Assembly: GCA_947454705.1 (NCBI GenBank)
Contig: CANGKZ010000002.1
Coordinates: 78,882 to 142,881, forward strand
DNA length: 64,000 nucleotides
DNA from: Verrucomicrobiota bacterium
GTDB taxonomy: Bacteria; Verrucomicrobiota; Verrucomicrobiia; Limisphaerales; UBA9464
Direction: 5' to 3'
Within the stretch, counting starts at the first letter, position 1; each line of letters opens with the position of its first letter. Below are positions 53,802-61,456 of the stretch, piece after piece. Below the pieces are notes generated by a model. The model saw only the letters and a program-made list of their open reading frames with translations, searched no databases and was not told the origin of the DNA. Position numbers and translations under genes: made by a program.

Positions 53802-54709
53802 TTCCCCGCCGCCGGCTCGCGTTCCTGTTACGATTCCTCGTCGGTTGGTGTTTTGCCGCGCTTGTTGCGTCCAGAGTGGTTTCCATCCTGCAGGCCGGGA
53901 CCGGCGTGCAGTTTCGTACACCAGTGGGCGACATCGAGGTCGAGCTTTACGATGCGGAGAAACCCAGGACGGTGCAGAACTTCCTGCAGCATGTGGAATC
54001 CGGGTTGTATCGCGATTCCTTCATCCACTATCTGGTCCCCGGCTTTGTGGCAGCTGGTGGCGAGTACACCGAGATCAACCGGGGGAAATCTGGCGCGGAC
54101 TTTGCGCGCATCGCCCTCCTGCCTGGAATCACCAACGAGGTGAAGAGCGGCACGGTGATCTCGAATCTCTTCGGCACCCTGGCCATGGGCAACATTGCCG
54201 ACGGACCCGGACGTCCCATTTCCGGGGCGTGGTTCTTCAACCTCGGAACCAACAGTCCCACGCTTGAAACCATCAATGGCGGCTACCCGGTGTTTGGCCG
54301 CGTGGTCTCCGGGATTCCGGTGCTGCAGACTTTGAATGGTTTCGTCTCCAGCTCGGAGCGCGACACCAACGCGCTCGTGATCCTCTTTGATCCCAACCTG
54401 CCATTCGCGCAGGGACCGCGTCCGGTCGTGCCCCTGACCCTGGTGGATCACACCTCGATCGCGGGCCTGTACCGCAATGTGCTGTGGGTCGACGTCACGC
54501 TCTTGAAGGTGCACATCACCCCGACCAACGGAACCCAGCGCATCACGTGGAACGCGGTGCCCGGGCGCACCAACCGCGTCGAATACACCGAATCATTGCC
54601 CCCGGATTGGAAAACGCTGAGTGCGGCCCTTCCCGCGTCCACCAATGGACTGTCGATCGATTCGACGGGATTACGCCGGTTTTACCGCGTTCGCGTGGAG
54701 GCTCCGTGA
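53798..54709 (+). CDS. cyclophilin-type peptidyl-prolyl isomerase with a C-terminal FYR-type beta-sandwich domain
   Basis: ATG 53798 overlaps the upstream stop (ATGA). It has a signal/anchor sequence, then GDIEVELYDAEKPRTVQNFLQHV...FGTLAMGN...GYPVFGRVVSG. The C-terminal part has AVPGRTNRVEYTESLPPDWKTL...RRFYRVRVEAP. Confidence 0.8.
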   Translation: MIPRRRLAFLLRFLVGWCFAALVASRVVSILQAGTGVQFRTPVGDIEVELYDAEKPRTVQNFLQHVESGLYRDSFIHYLVPGFVAAGGEYTEINRGKSGADFARIALLPGITNEVKSGTVISNLFGTLAMGNIADGPGRPISGAWFFNLGTNSPTLETINGGYPVFGRVVSGIPVLQTLNGFVSSSERDTNALVILFDPNLPFAQGPRPVVPLTLVDHTSIAGLYRNVLWVDVTLLKVHITPTNGTQRITWNAVPGRTNRVEYTESLPPDWKTLSAALPASTNGLSIDSTGLRRFYRVRVEAP

Positions 54710-54711
54710 GG

Positions 54712-55575
54712 ATGATTTCGGTAGGCAATCCGCGCTGCGATTGTCGCCCGAAGACTGCCATCGGAGCGGGTCCGAAGGATCCGGTAATCAACGGAGCCAA
54801 CATCGCGGTGCCGCGGGCCCTCGCCGTGGCTCTGGGGTTGCGGTTGCCGGTCGCAAACGATGGGACGGTGACCTTCAACAAGGACACCCTTGCGTCCAAC
54901 CCGGCGGGATTCCTTTGAGTGATCCAGCACAAGCTCTACGAAGTGCTCGGCACCCCGAGCAGCCTCCCCAACGGAGGCGGCGCGGTCCCCGCCACGATCG
55001 CGCCTGCGGATCTTTTCCGGTATACCGCCGCCGGCGCGCGGAGCTTTGAGTCTAAAAACGGCAGTTAAAGAAGAGTCCAACCACAGATGGACACGGATGA
55101 ACACAGATGGAACTGCGCGGAGCGGAAGGATTCCTAGATCACCCAAAAGGCCAAATGGTTCGAGTCCAGTCGAGCAATCCATCCCCTTCTCTATCTGTGT
55201 GGATCTGTGTTCATCTGTGGTTTCAACTGCCACTTCTAAGTTGATCCCAATGTGGCCAACGACCCCACCAAGAAGGCCTACTTCCGCATCAGCCCGTTCG
55301 GTCCCGACATCCAGGAATGGAATAACCTTCCGAATGGGGACGACCATGGCGACCGGGCGACGGGGACCTTCCCCGCCGCTCCCCAGGACTACACCGGTAA
55401 TCCCGCGGTATTCACCAGCATGTCCAACAGCGCTGCGGAATTGGTCCTGTTGGATGCCATCGGATCTGGCCTGGCTCCCGTGCCCGAACCCGCCGGCGTG
55501 GCGATGGCGGTGGGTGTCTCGCTGATGGGCTTTGCCGGATGGCGCCGCGTGCGCAGCCGGTCGATTCAGGGCTGA
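54712..55575 (+). pseudogene. decayed PEP-CTERM protein gene (metalloprotease-like remnant) with an in-frame TGA and a MITE insertion
   Basis: The first segment reads ...VPRALAVALGLRLPVANDGTVTFNKD...GFL*VIQHKLYEVLGTPSS...PADLFRYTAAGARSF, with the TGA at 54916-54918. It is interrupted by the family-2 element at 55056-55234. It resumes VANDPTKKAYFRI...LLDAIGSGLAPVPEPAGVAMAVGVSLMGFAGWRRVRSR (PEP-CTERM tail). No signal peptide is left at the N-terminus. Confidence 0.55.
55056..55234. mobile_element. family-2 MITE (179 bp) with decamer-iteron terminal inverted repeats and a possible TCTAA target duplication
   Basis: The left end is aaaacggcagttaaagaagagtccaaCCACAGATGGACACGGATGAACACAGATGG. The right end is CTATCTGTGTGGATCTGTGTTCATCTGTGGtttcaactgccact. 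TCTAA occurs at 55051-55055 and at 55235-55239. Confidence 0.65.
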
Positions 55576-55698
55576 ACCCAAGTTTTTCAACACCCGCGGC
55601 CTGCCGGCTCGACCGGTGGCCGCGGGTTTTTTGTGCCCGGAGGGCGCAGTCGTTTCCGCACTTTCACTTCTTCCCGCCTTCCCCATAGGCTCTCCCCA

Positions 55699-56613
55699 AT
55701 GAAAACGCCGTACTGGCAGGGTGTCTTCCCCGCCATCACCACCCAGCTTCACAAGGATGGTTCGCTCGATCTCGACGCCACCGCAGCCCATGCCGATGCC
55801 CTGATCCAATCCGGAATCAAGGGCCTCGTGTTCCTCGGCTCGCTGGGTGAAAACCAGACGCTCACCGCCGACGAAAAACGCACCGTCATCCGCGAGATGG
55901 TGAAGACCGTCTTCGGCCGCGTGCCCGTGCTCAGCGGCGTGGCCGAGAGCAGCGTGTCGGAAGCGGTCCGCTACGTGCGCGACCTCGAAACCCTCGGGGC
56001 CGACGGCTACATGCTGATGCCGCCGATGATCTACAAGTCCCCGGATGCCCGGGAGTCGGTGTATCATTTCCGGACCGTTGCCAAGTCCTCGGGACTCCCG
56101 GTGATGATCTACAACAACCCGATCAGCTACGGACACGACATTACCCCCGAGCTGTTCGCGGAGCTCGCATCGGAGAAGAACTTCGTCGCCCTGAAGGAAA
56201 GCTCCGGCAACCCGCGTCGCATCACCGATCTGCACCGCGTGGTGGGCGACCGCTATGCGTTGTTCACCGGTGTCGATGACCTCGCGCTGGAAAGCGCGAT
56301 CCTTGGTATCGACGGTTGGGTGGCCGGCACGGGCATCGCATTCCCGAAGGAAAACCAGTATTTCTGGGAACTCACCCGCGCCGGCGAATGGGAAAAGGCC
56401 CGCGAGATCTACCGCTGGTTCACCCCGCTGCTGCACCTCGACGTGCACCCGAAGTTCGTCCAGTACATCAAGCTGGCCGTGCAGGAAACCGGTCTCGGCA
56501 AGGAATGGGTCCGCGCCCCGCGTCTCACCCTCACCGGTGCCGAGCGCAAGTCGGTGCTGAAGATCATTCACGACGGCATCGCCGCCCGCCCCAAGCTTCC
56601 CAAGCGGAAGTGA
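55699..56613 (+). CDS. dihydrodipicolinate synthase / N-acetylneuraminate lyase family (class I aldolase) protein
   Basis: ORF 55633..56613 trimmed to ATG 55699 (MKTPYWQGVFPAITT). It has GLVFLGSLGENQTL, MIYNNP and FVALKESSG (Schiff-base Lys). The exact substrate is not assignable from sequence alone. Confidence 0.8.
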   Translation: MKTPYWQGVFPAITTQLHKDGSLDLDATAAHADALIQSGIKGLVFLGSLGENQTLTADEKRTVIREMVKTVFGRVPVLSGVAESSVSEAVRYVRDLETLGADGYMLMPPMIYKSPDARESVYHFRTVAKSSGLPVMIYNNPISYGHDITPELFAELASEKNFVALKESSGNPRRITDLHRVVGDRYALFTGVDDLALESAILGIDGWVAGTGIAFPKENQYFWELTRAGEWEKAREIYRWFTPLLHLDVHPKFVQYIKLAVQETGLGKEWVRAPRLTLTGAERKSVLKIIHDGIAARPKLPKRK

Positions 56614-56636
56614 GGCGTTTTGTTGCCCTCCCTCTA

Positions 56637-56685
56637 AATGCAGCGGTTTGAACCGCAGATCGACGCAGATAAACGCAGATGCGGA
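56637..56685. repeat. family-2 element, solo end
   Basis: The sequence is aaatgcagcggtttgaaCCGCAGATCGACGCAGATAAACGCAGATGCGG, starting 24 nt after the DapA-family stop. Confidence 0.5.
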
Positions 56686-56732
56686 GGATGATTCGCGGGA
56701 AGATGCTGGATGCCGAAAAATATCGGCTCCGC

Positions 56733-56762
56733 TCTTCCTGCTTTCCTGCTTTCCAAATTCAT
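56733..56762. repeat. family-4 (TCCTGCTT iteron) element, solo end
   Basis: cttcctgctttcctgctttccaaattcatc is identical in core to the right end of the element at 59978-60105. Confidence 0.5.
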
Positions 56763-56871
56763 CCCACTCCGCGGCCCGCGCGGGGGCACTCGCAGGAATG
56801 TTGAAAAAGATTCCCGGTGAATCCGCCTTTGCCTCTTGGCTGAGGCGGATTTCCTGAACAGGCTTTGTCCC

Positions 56872-58323
56872 GTGAATCATCCCCGGGGATTGCGGACGCT
56901 GTTCTTCACCGAGATGTGGGAACGGTTCAGTTACTACGGCATGCGGGCCCTGCTCGTGTTGTTCATGACCGCCGAGATTCAGCGCGGCGGTCTGGGCCTG
57001 AACGACAAGGTGGCCACCGCGATTTACGGCCTCTACGTCGCCGGTGTGTACCTCTCGGCCCTGCCCGGCGGATGGATTGCGGATCGCCTCCTCGGCGCGC
57101 AACAGGCGCTCATCGCAGGTGGCGTGTTGATCGCCCTCGGCCACTTCTCGCTCGCCCTGCCTTCGATCAAGTTCTTCTACCTCGGCCTCGTCCTGGTGGT
57201 CCTCGGCACCGGGCTGCTCAAGCCGAATATCAGTGCGCTCGTCGGACAGCTCTATCCCGAAGGCGGCGCGCGGCGCGACGCGGGGTTCACGATCTTCTAC
57301 ATGGGGATCAATTTGGGTGCAGCCCTCGGACCCCTGGCCTGCGGCTCGCTCGGGGAGCGGGTGAACTGGCACTACGGCTTCGGCGCGGCGGGACTCGGGA
57401 TGGTGCTGGGATTGATCCAATTTCAGTTCACCCGCAAACACCTCGGTCCGATCGGTCTGGTCCCGGCGCACCGTGGGTCTGCCACGCAACAGGATTGGAA
57501 ATCGCTGTTCGTGGCCGTGGGGGCCATTGCGGTCGTTCTCGCCCTGACCTTCTCGGGCGTGCTGCCGGTCAATCCTCTCCAACTCGCGCGGTGGACCACG
57601 GTGCTGATCGTCGGAGTCGCGGTGTTGTATTTCCTCTGGGCCTTCTTCCTGGCCGGACTCGAACTCGCCGAGAAAAAGCGCATGGGCGTCATCGCCATTT
57701 TGTTCGTCGCCGCTGCGTTGTTCTGGAGCGGATACGAACAGGCGGGCTCCTCCCTCAACTTGTTTGCCGAGCGCTACACGCAGCGGACGTTCGGGGCCAT
57801 GGCCTCGCCGGTGCCGGCGAGCTGGTTCCAATCCCTGCCGGCGATCTTTGTCATCGTCTTTGCGCCGGTGGTTGCGGCGGTGTGGATCCGGATGGCCAAG
57901 CACGGACGCAATCCCTCGCTCGGAACCAAGATGGGTTGGGGACTGATGTTCCTCGCCATCGGATTTTTGGTGGTGGCGTTTGCCTCGAAGCGTGCCCTCG
58001 CAACGGGTCCGGTTTGGCCCAGCTGGCTGGTGTTCACTTATCTGCTGCACGTATTGGGTGAACTGCTGATCAGCCCGGTCGGACTCAGCTCCGTGACCAA
58101 GCTCGCCCCGCAACGGCTGGTGGGGCAGATGATGGGCATCTGGTTCCTCGGGGCCTCGTTGGGCAATTTGATTGCGGGTCTGTTCGCCGGCGAAGTCAGC
58201 GGCGACAACGCCGCGGCCATGCCTGCGCGATTCTTCCAGGTGGTGCTGTTCGCGGGCGGAGTGGGATTGATCCTCCTGCTCTGCAGCAAACGCATCCGCC
58301 GCCTCATGCCGGGAGTGGAGTAG
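56872..58323 (+). CDS. proton-dependent oligopeptide transporter (POT/PTR2 family)
   Basis: It has the FFTEMWERFSYYGMRALLVLFM signature plus GGWIADRLLG and 12 or more TM helices. The start is either GTG 56872 (VNHPRGLRTLFF) or TTG 56836. Confidence 0.85.
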   Translation: MNHPRGLRTLFFTEMWERFSYYGMRALLVLFMTAEIQRGGLGLNDKVATAIYGLYVAGVYLSALPGGWIADRLLGAQQALIAGGVLIALGHFSLALPSIKFFYLGLVLVVLGTGLLKPNISALVGQLYPEGGARRDAGFTIFYMGINLGAALGPLACGSLGERVNWHYGFGAAGLGMVLGLIQFQFTRKHLGPIGLVPAHRGSATQQDWKSLFVAVGAIAVVLALTFSGVLPVNPLQLARWTTVLIVGVAVLYFLWAFFLAGLELAEKKRMGVIAILFVAAALFWSGYEQAGSSLNLFAERYTQRTFGAMASPVPASWFQSLPAIFVIVFAPVVAAVWIRMAKHGRNPSLGTKMGWGLMFLAIGFLVVAFASKRALATGPVWPSWLVFTYLLHVLGELLISPVGLSSVTKLAPQRLVGQMMGIWFLGASLGNLIAGLFAGEVSGDNAAAMPARFFQVVLFAGGVGLILLLCSKRIRRLMPGVE

Positions 58324-58344
58324 GCGGCCGAGGCAGGAAGCAGA

Positions 58345-58500
58345 ACTGCGGTAACCACAGATGGACACAGATGAACACGGATAAAAAGGCGCGGAACGAA
58401 CGGATTTCGAGTTCATCCCGCAGTCGAAACACTGCTCTCTGTCTAGGGTCTACTCTTCCTACCTCCCATCTGTGTGAATCTGTGTCCATCTGTGGTAAAG
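58345..58500. mobile_element. family-2 MITE (about 155 bp)
   Basis: The left TIR is AACCACAGATGGACACAGATGAACACGGAT (58353-58382). The right TIR is CCATCTGTGTGAATCTGTGTCCATCTGTGGT (58466-58496). The outer limits are approximate. Confidence 0.6.
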
Positions 58501-58519
58501 GTTCCCTAGAGAATTTGTC

Positions 58520-59935
58520 ATGACTCCACTCCTTCGAGTTCTGGGTTGGTGCCGCGTGGTGGGTTGCCTTCTGGCCTGCGCCGCGGCGATGGGGGCCGGC
58601 GCGCGCGTTCATGCCGCGGAGCCGGTCCCGGTGGTCCGGCCGATTCCCGAGCCGTTGCGACGCGAGTTCTCCCTCGCCCCGTTTTATCAAAGGCACGTGG
58701 TGGTGGAGCGATTGCCCATCGTGGGCTCCTCTAAAATCTCCGACAACGCGCTGCGGGAGGCCGCCTGGATTCTTCAACACATGCTGCCCAAACGGGCCGA
58801 CGTGCTGCACGCCATGGCCTCGAACCACGTTCGATTGGCCGTGATGGCGTGGAACGAATTCACGACCGACATTCCGGAGCATTCGAATCTCACGCCCAAG
58901 ATTTTCTGGGACCGACGCGCCCGCGGATTGGGCGCATCGCCCGAGGCTCCGGCGGTGAGCTGTGCCGAGGAGAATCTGCTCTGCTACCGGAACGATCCGT
59001 ATTCCACCGAGAACATCCTCATCCACGAATTCGCCCACGCGATTCACCTCACCGGGATGAACGCGCTCGATCCCACCTTTGATGAACGCCTGGCGAAGTC
59101 CTTTCACAGCGCGACCAATCGCGGGTTGTGGAAGAGCACCTACGCGGCTTCGAACCGGGAGGAGTACTGGGCCGAGGCGACCCAATCCTGGTTCGACAAC
59201 AACCGGGCCAACGACGCGCTTCACAACGACATCGACACCCGCGACAAGCTCAAGCGCTACGACCCCGGAGTCGCGGCGCTGTGCCTGGAGGTCTATGGCG
59301 ATCTGGAATGGCGTTACCACAAGCCCGCGCAGCGATCGCCGGAAGGCCGGGCGCATCTCACGCCGATGGATCCGGCGAAGACGCCCATTTTTGAGTGGCC
59401 GGACGAACCCGTGGGAAAAGCGCCGGTGGTGTCGATTCAAACCGCGCTGGGCGACATTGAAGTCGAGCTCGACGCCACCAAGGCTCCGGTCACCGCGCGG
59501 AATTTTCTACGCTACGTTCGGAAGGGATTTTACAGCGACGGCCGGTTCCATCGGGCTGTGACCCCGCAGAACCAGCCGACCAATCAGATCCGGATCGAAG
59601 TCATCCAGGCCGATTCGAATCCGGCGCGGGTGGAAGAGACCGATCCGCCGATCGCCCTCGAGCGCACGCGCGACACGGGGTTGAAGCATCTGGACGGAAC
59701 AATCTCGATGGCGCGCGACGGTGTTGATTCCGCGACGTCGGACATTTTCATCTGCATTGGCGACCAGCCTGAGCTCGATTTCGGCGGCCGTCGCAACCCC
59801 GACGGTCAGGGCTTCGCTGCGTTCGGCCGAGTGATCAAGGGCATGGACGTCGTGCGCCTGATCCAGAGCCAGCCTGCCGACGGCCAGACCCTCACGCCCC
59901 CGGTGCGAATCCAACGCGCCCTGCGGTTGAAGTGA
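58520..59935 (+). CDS. secreted fusion of an HEXXH putative metallopeptidase-like domain and a cyclophilin PPIase domain
   Basis: It has a signal peptide (VVGCLLACAAAMGAGARVHA). The N-terminal domain has ILIHEFAHAIHLTG...EEYWAEATQSWF. The C-terminal domain has GDIEVELDATKAPVTARNFLRYV...ISMARDG...FAAFGRVIKGMDVV. Confidence 0.8.
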   Translation: MTPLLRVLGWCRVVGCLLACAAAMGAGARVHAAEPVPVVRPIPEPLRREFSLAPFYQRHVVVERLPIVGSSKISDNALREAAWILQHMLPKRADVLHAMASNHVRLAVMAWNEFTTDIPEHSNLTPKIFWDRRARGLGASPEAPAVSCAEENLLCYRNDPYSTENILIHEFAHAIHLTGMNALDPTFDERLAKSFHSATNRGLWKSTYAASNREEYWAEATQSWFDNNRANDALHNDIDTRDKLKRYDPGVAALCLEVYGDLEWRYHKPAQRSPEGRAHLTPMDPAKTPIFEWPDEPVGKAPVVSIQTALGDIEVELDATKAPVTARNFLRYVRKGFYSDGRFHRAVTPQNQPTNQIRIEVIQADSNPARVEETDPPIALERTRDTGLKHLDGTISMARDGVDSATSDIFICIGDQPELDFGGRRNPDGQGFAAFGRVIKGMDVVRLIQSQPADGQTLTPPVRIQRALRLK

Positions 59936-59977
59936 AGCTTCCGGTTTTCCTCAACTCTGCTGAGCCGGGGAGGGGGT

Positions 59978-60105
59978 GAATTTGGAAAGCATGAAAGCAG
60001 GAGGAACAGCCTGGGAAAATCCGAGCTCATTTTTTCCTAACTTCCAGCTCCTAGCTGCCAACTCTTCTGCATTTCCCCGTCCTGCTTTCCTGCTTTCCAA
60101 ATTAT
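59978..60105. mobile_element. family-4 small inverted-repeat element (128 bp)
   Basis: The left end is GAATTTGGAAAGCATGAAAGCAGGAGGA. The right end is GTCCTGCTTTCCTGCTTTCCAAATTAT. The ends are made of two tandem octamers each. Confidence 0.55.
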
Positions 60106-60144
60106 CCCCCTTCCGCTTCGGGCTTGGGCTCTTTCCTGTCTGGC

Positions 60145-60214
60145 GCCGGTCGGTTTTAGACTTCGGCCGGTTTCGAAAGCGGTGTCGGCGCTGCGCTCTG
60201 CCACCGCACTCCAT
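60145..60214. repeat. family-1 element, solo half in reverse orientation (copy E)
   Basis: The sequence is gccggtcggttttagacttcggCCGGTTTCGAAAGCGGTGTCGGCGCTGCGCTCTGCCACCGCACTCCA. It is the reverse complement of the left-end consensus, including the ACCGACCGG box. Confidence 0.55.
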
Positions 60215-60246
60215 AGGGCCGGTCCGCATCGGGACGTGGGGCTCAA

Positions 60247-61419
60247 TTACCGACCGCTGCGGAGGCGTTGGAGGAGTTCGGGGAGGATCGAGAGAACACG
60301 ATCGACTTCTTCCGATGTCGATCCCCGACCGAGCGAAAATCGAACCAACGCATTGGCTTCGTTCGTCGGGACGCCCATCGCCGCCAATACGTGACTGGGC
60401 TCCAACGATCCCGCGGAACACGCGGATCCACTCGAGGCACAGATGCCTTCCAGATCGAGCGTGGCCATCAACGCAATCCCATCGGTGCCCTGAACCGAGA
60501 ACGCGATGGTGTTCGACAGCCGATCCGATGCCGGGCTCCGCAGCGTCACTCCGGGAAGCGCCGCCGCTCCGGTTGCGAGCCGTTGGGTGAGCGAAAGGAG
60601 CTGCGCGGGATCAAACACCGGCGTGACCACAAAACGTTCGAAGGCGGTTACCAGCCCGACGATCGCGGCGAGATTCTCCGTGCCGGCGCGACGCTCGTTC
60701 TCGTGTCCTCCACCCCATTGCGTGGGCAACGGTTGAAGCGGGGACTTGATGAACAGGGCCCCGGATCCCTTGGGTCCGTGAAATTTGTGGGCGCAGACCG
60801 AAACGAGGTCGGCCTCGAATTGATGGATGTCGCGAAAGGGCAGTTTTCCAAATGCCTGCACGGCGTCGGTGTGGAACTTCACGCCGCGCGCGCGACACAG
60901 GGCGCCAATCTCCGCGACGGGTTGAATGGTTCCGACTTCGTTGTTCGCCGTCATCACCGACACCAGCGTGGTGTCCGGACGCTGGCTCAGGAGGGATTCC
61001 AAATCTGATACCGAGACGCGTCCTTCGGCATCGACCGGCAGCAGGCTGAGTTCGAAGCCTTCGTGCTGTTGCAGAGAGCGGAAGGCGTGGAGGGCTGCGG
61101 GGTGTTCAACGGCGGAGCAGATGAGGTGGCGTCCGCGAGGCTTCAGCAGTCGCGCAGTGCCGAGGATGGCGAGGTTGTTGGACTCGGTTCCGCCTCCGGT
61201 GAAGACCACTTCCGAGGGCTTGCAACGCCAGAGGCTGGCGAGTCGGTAGCGCGCCGTGTCGAGCGCGGCGCGGGCGGTCTGGCCGATGGCGTGAACGCTG
61301 GAGGGGTTGCCCCAGGTTTTGCCGAGTAAGGGGAGCATCGCCTGGAGCACCGCAGGATCGAGCGGTGTCGTGGCGTTGTAGTCGAAATAGACCGGGGCTG
61401 GAACCGGAGCGGACGGCAC
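60247..61419 (-). CDS. cysteine desulfurase (NifS/IscS class, PLP-dependent)
   Basis: It has YFDYNATTP, FTGGGTESNN, HTDAVQA, SVCAHKFHGPKGSGALF (PLP Lys) and SSGSACSAGS (the catalytic Cys loop). Confidence 0.9.
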   Translation of the reverse strand: MPSAPVPAPVYFDYNATTPLDPAVLQAMLPLLGKTWGNPSSVHAIGQTARAALDTARYRLASLWRCKPSEVVFTGGGTESNNLAILGTARLLKPRGRHLICSAVEHPAALHAFRSLQQHEGFELSLLPVDAEGRVSVSDLESLLSQRPDTTLVSVMTANNEVGTIQPVAEIGALCRARGVKFHTDAVQAFGKLPFRDIHQFEADLVSVCAHKFHGPKGSGALFIKSPLQPLPTQWGGGHENERRAGTENLAAIVGLVTAFERFVVTPVFDPAQLLSLTQRLATGAAALPGVTLRSPASDRLSNTIAFSVQGTDGIALMATLDLEGICASSGSACSAGSLEPSHVLAAMGVPTNEANALVRFSLGRGSTSEEVDRVLSILPELLQRLRSGR

Positions 61420-61456
61420 GGGCCAAGAATCGCCGGAAGCGCGCGGTTGTCCACGC

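Noticed and set aside
54916-54918. In-frame TGA as a possible selenocysteine or read-through codon
   Set aside because: The surrounding gene has also lost its leader, has a degenerate HEXXH (HKLYE) and carries a MITE insertion. No stem-loop resembling a bacterial SECIS follows the TGA. A nonsense mutation in a pseudogene is the simpler reading.
55150-55185. tRNA-like string GGTTCGAGTCC...CCA inside the family-2 MITE (aatggttcgagtccagtcgagcaatcca)
   Set aside because: It resembles a T-loop plus CCA, but I could not fold acceptor, D or anticodon arms around it, and the second full MITE copy has a diverged version (ggatttcgagttcatccc). A tRNA-derived origin is possible, but it is not a tRNA gene.
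54682-58416. 1244-aa uninterrupted minus-strand ORF spanning 3.7 kb
   Set aside because: It is antisense to four plus-strand genes with clear family signatures: the PEP-CTERM remnant, the DapA-family gene, the POT transporter and the upstream end of the next gene region. Its translation is Arg/Gly/His/Pro-rich noise. It runs through the MITE repeats. It survives only because the plus-strand genes at 54712, 55252, 55699 and 56872 all sit in the same reading frame, so the stop-poor antisense frame is continuous.
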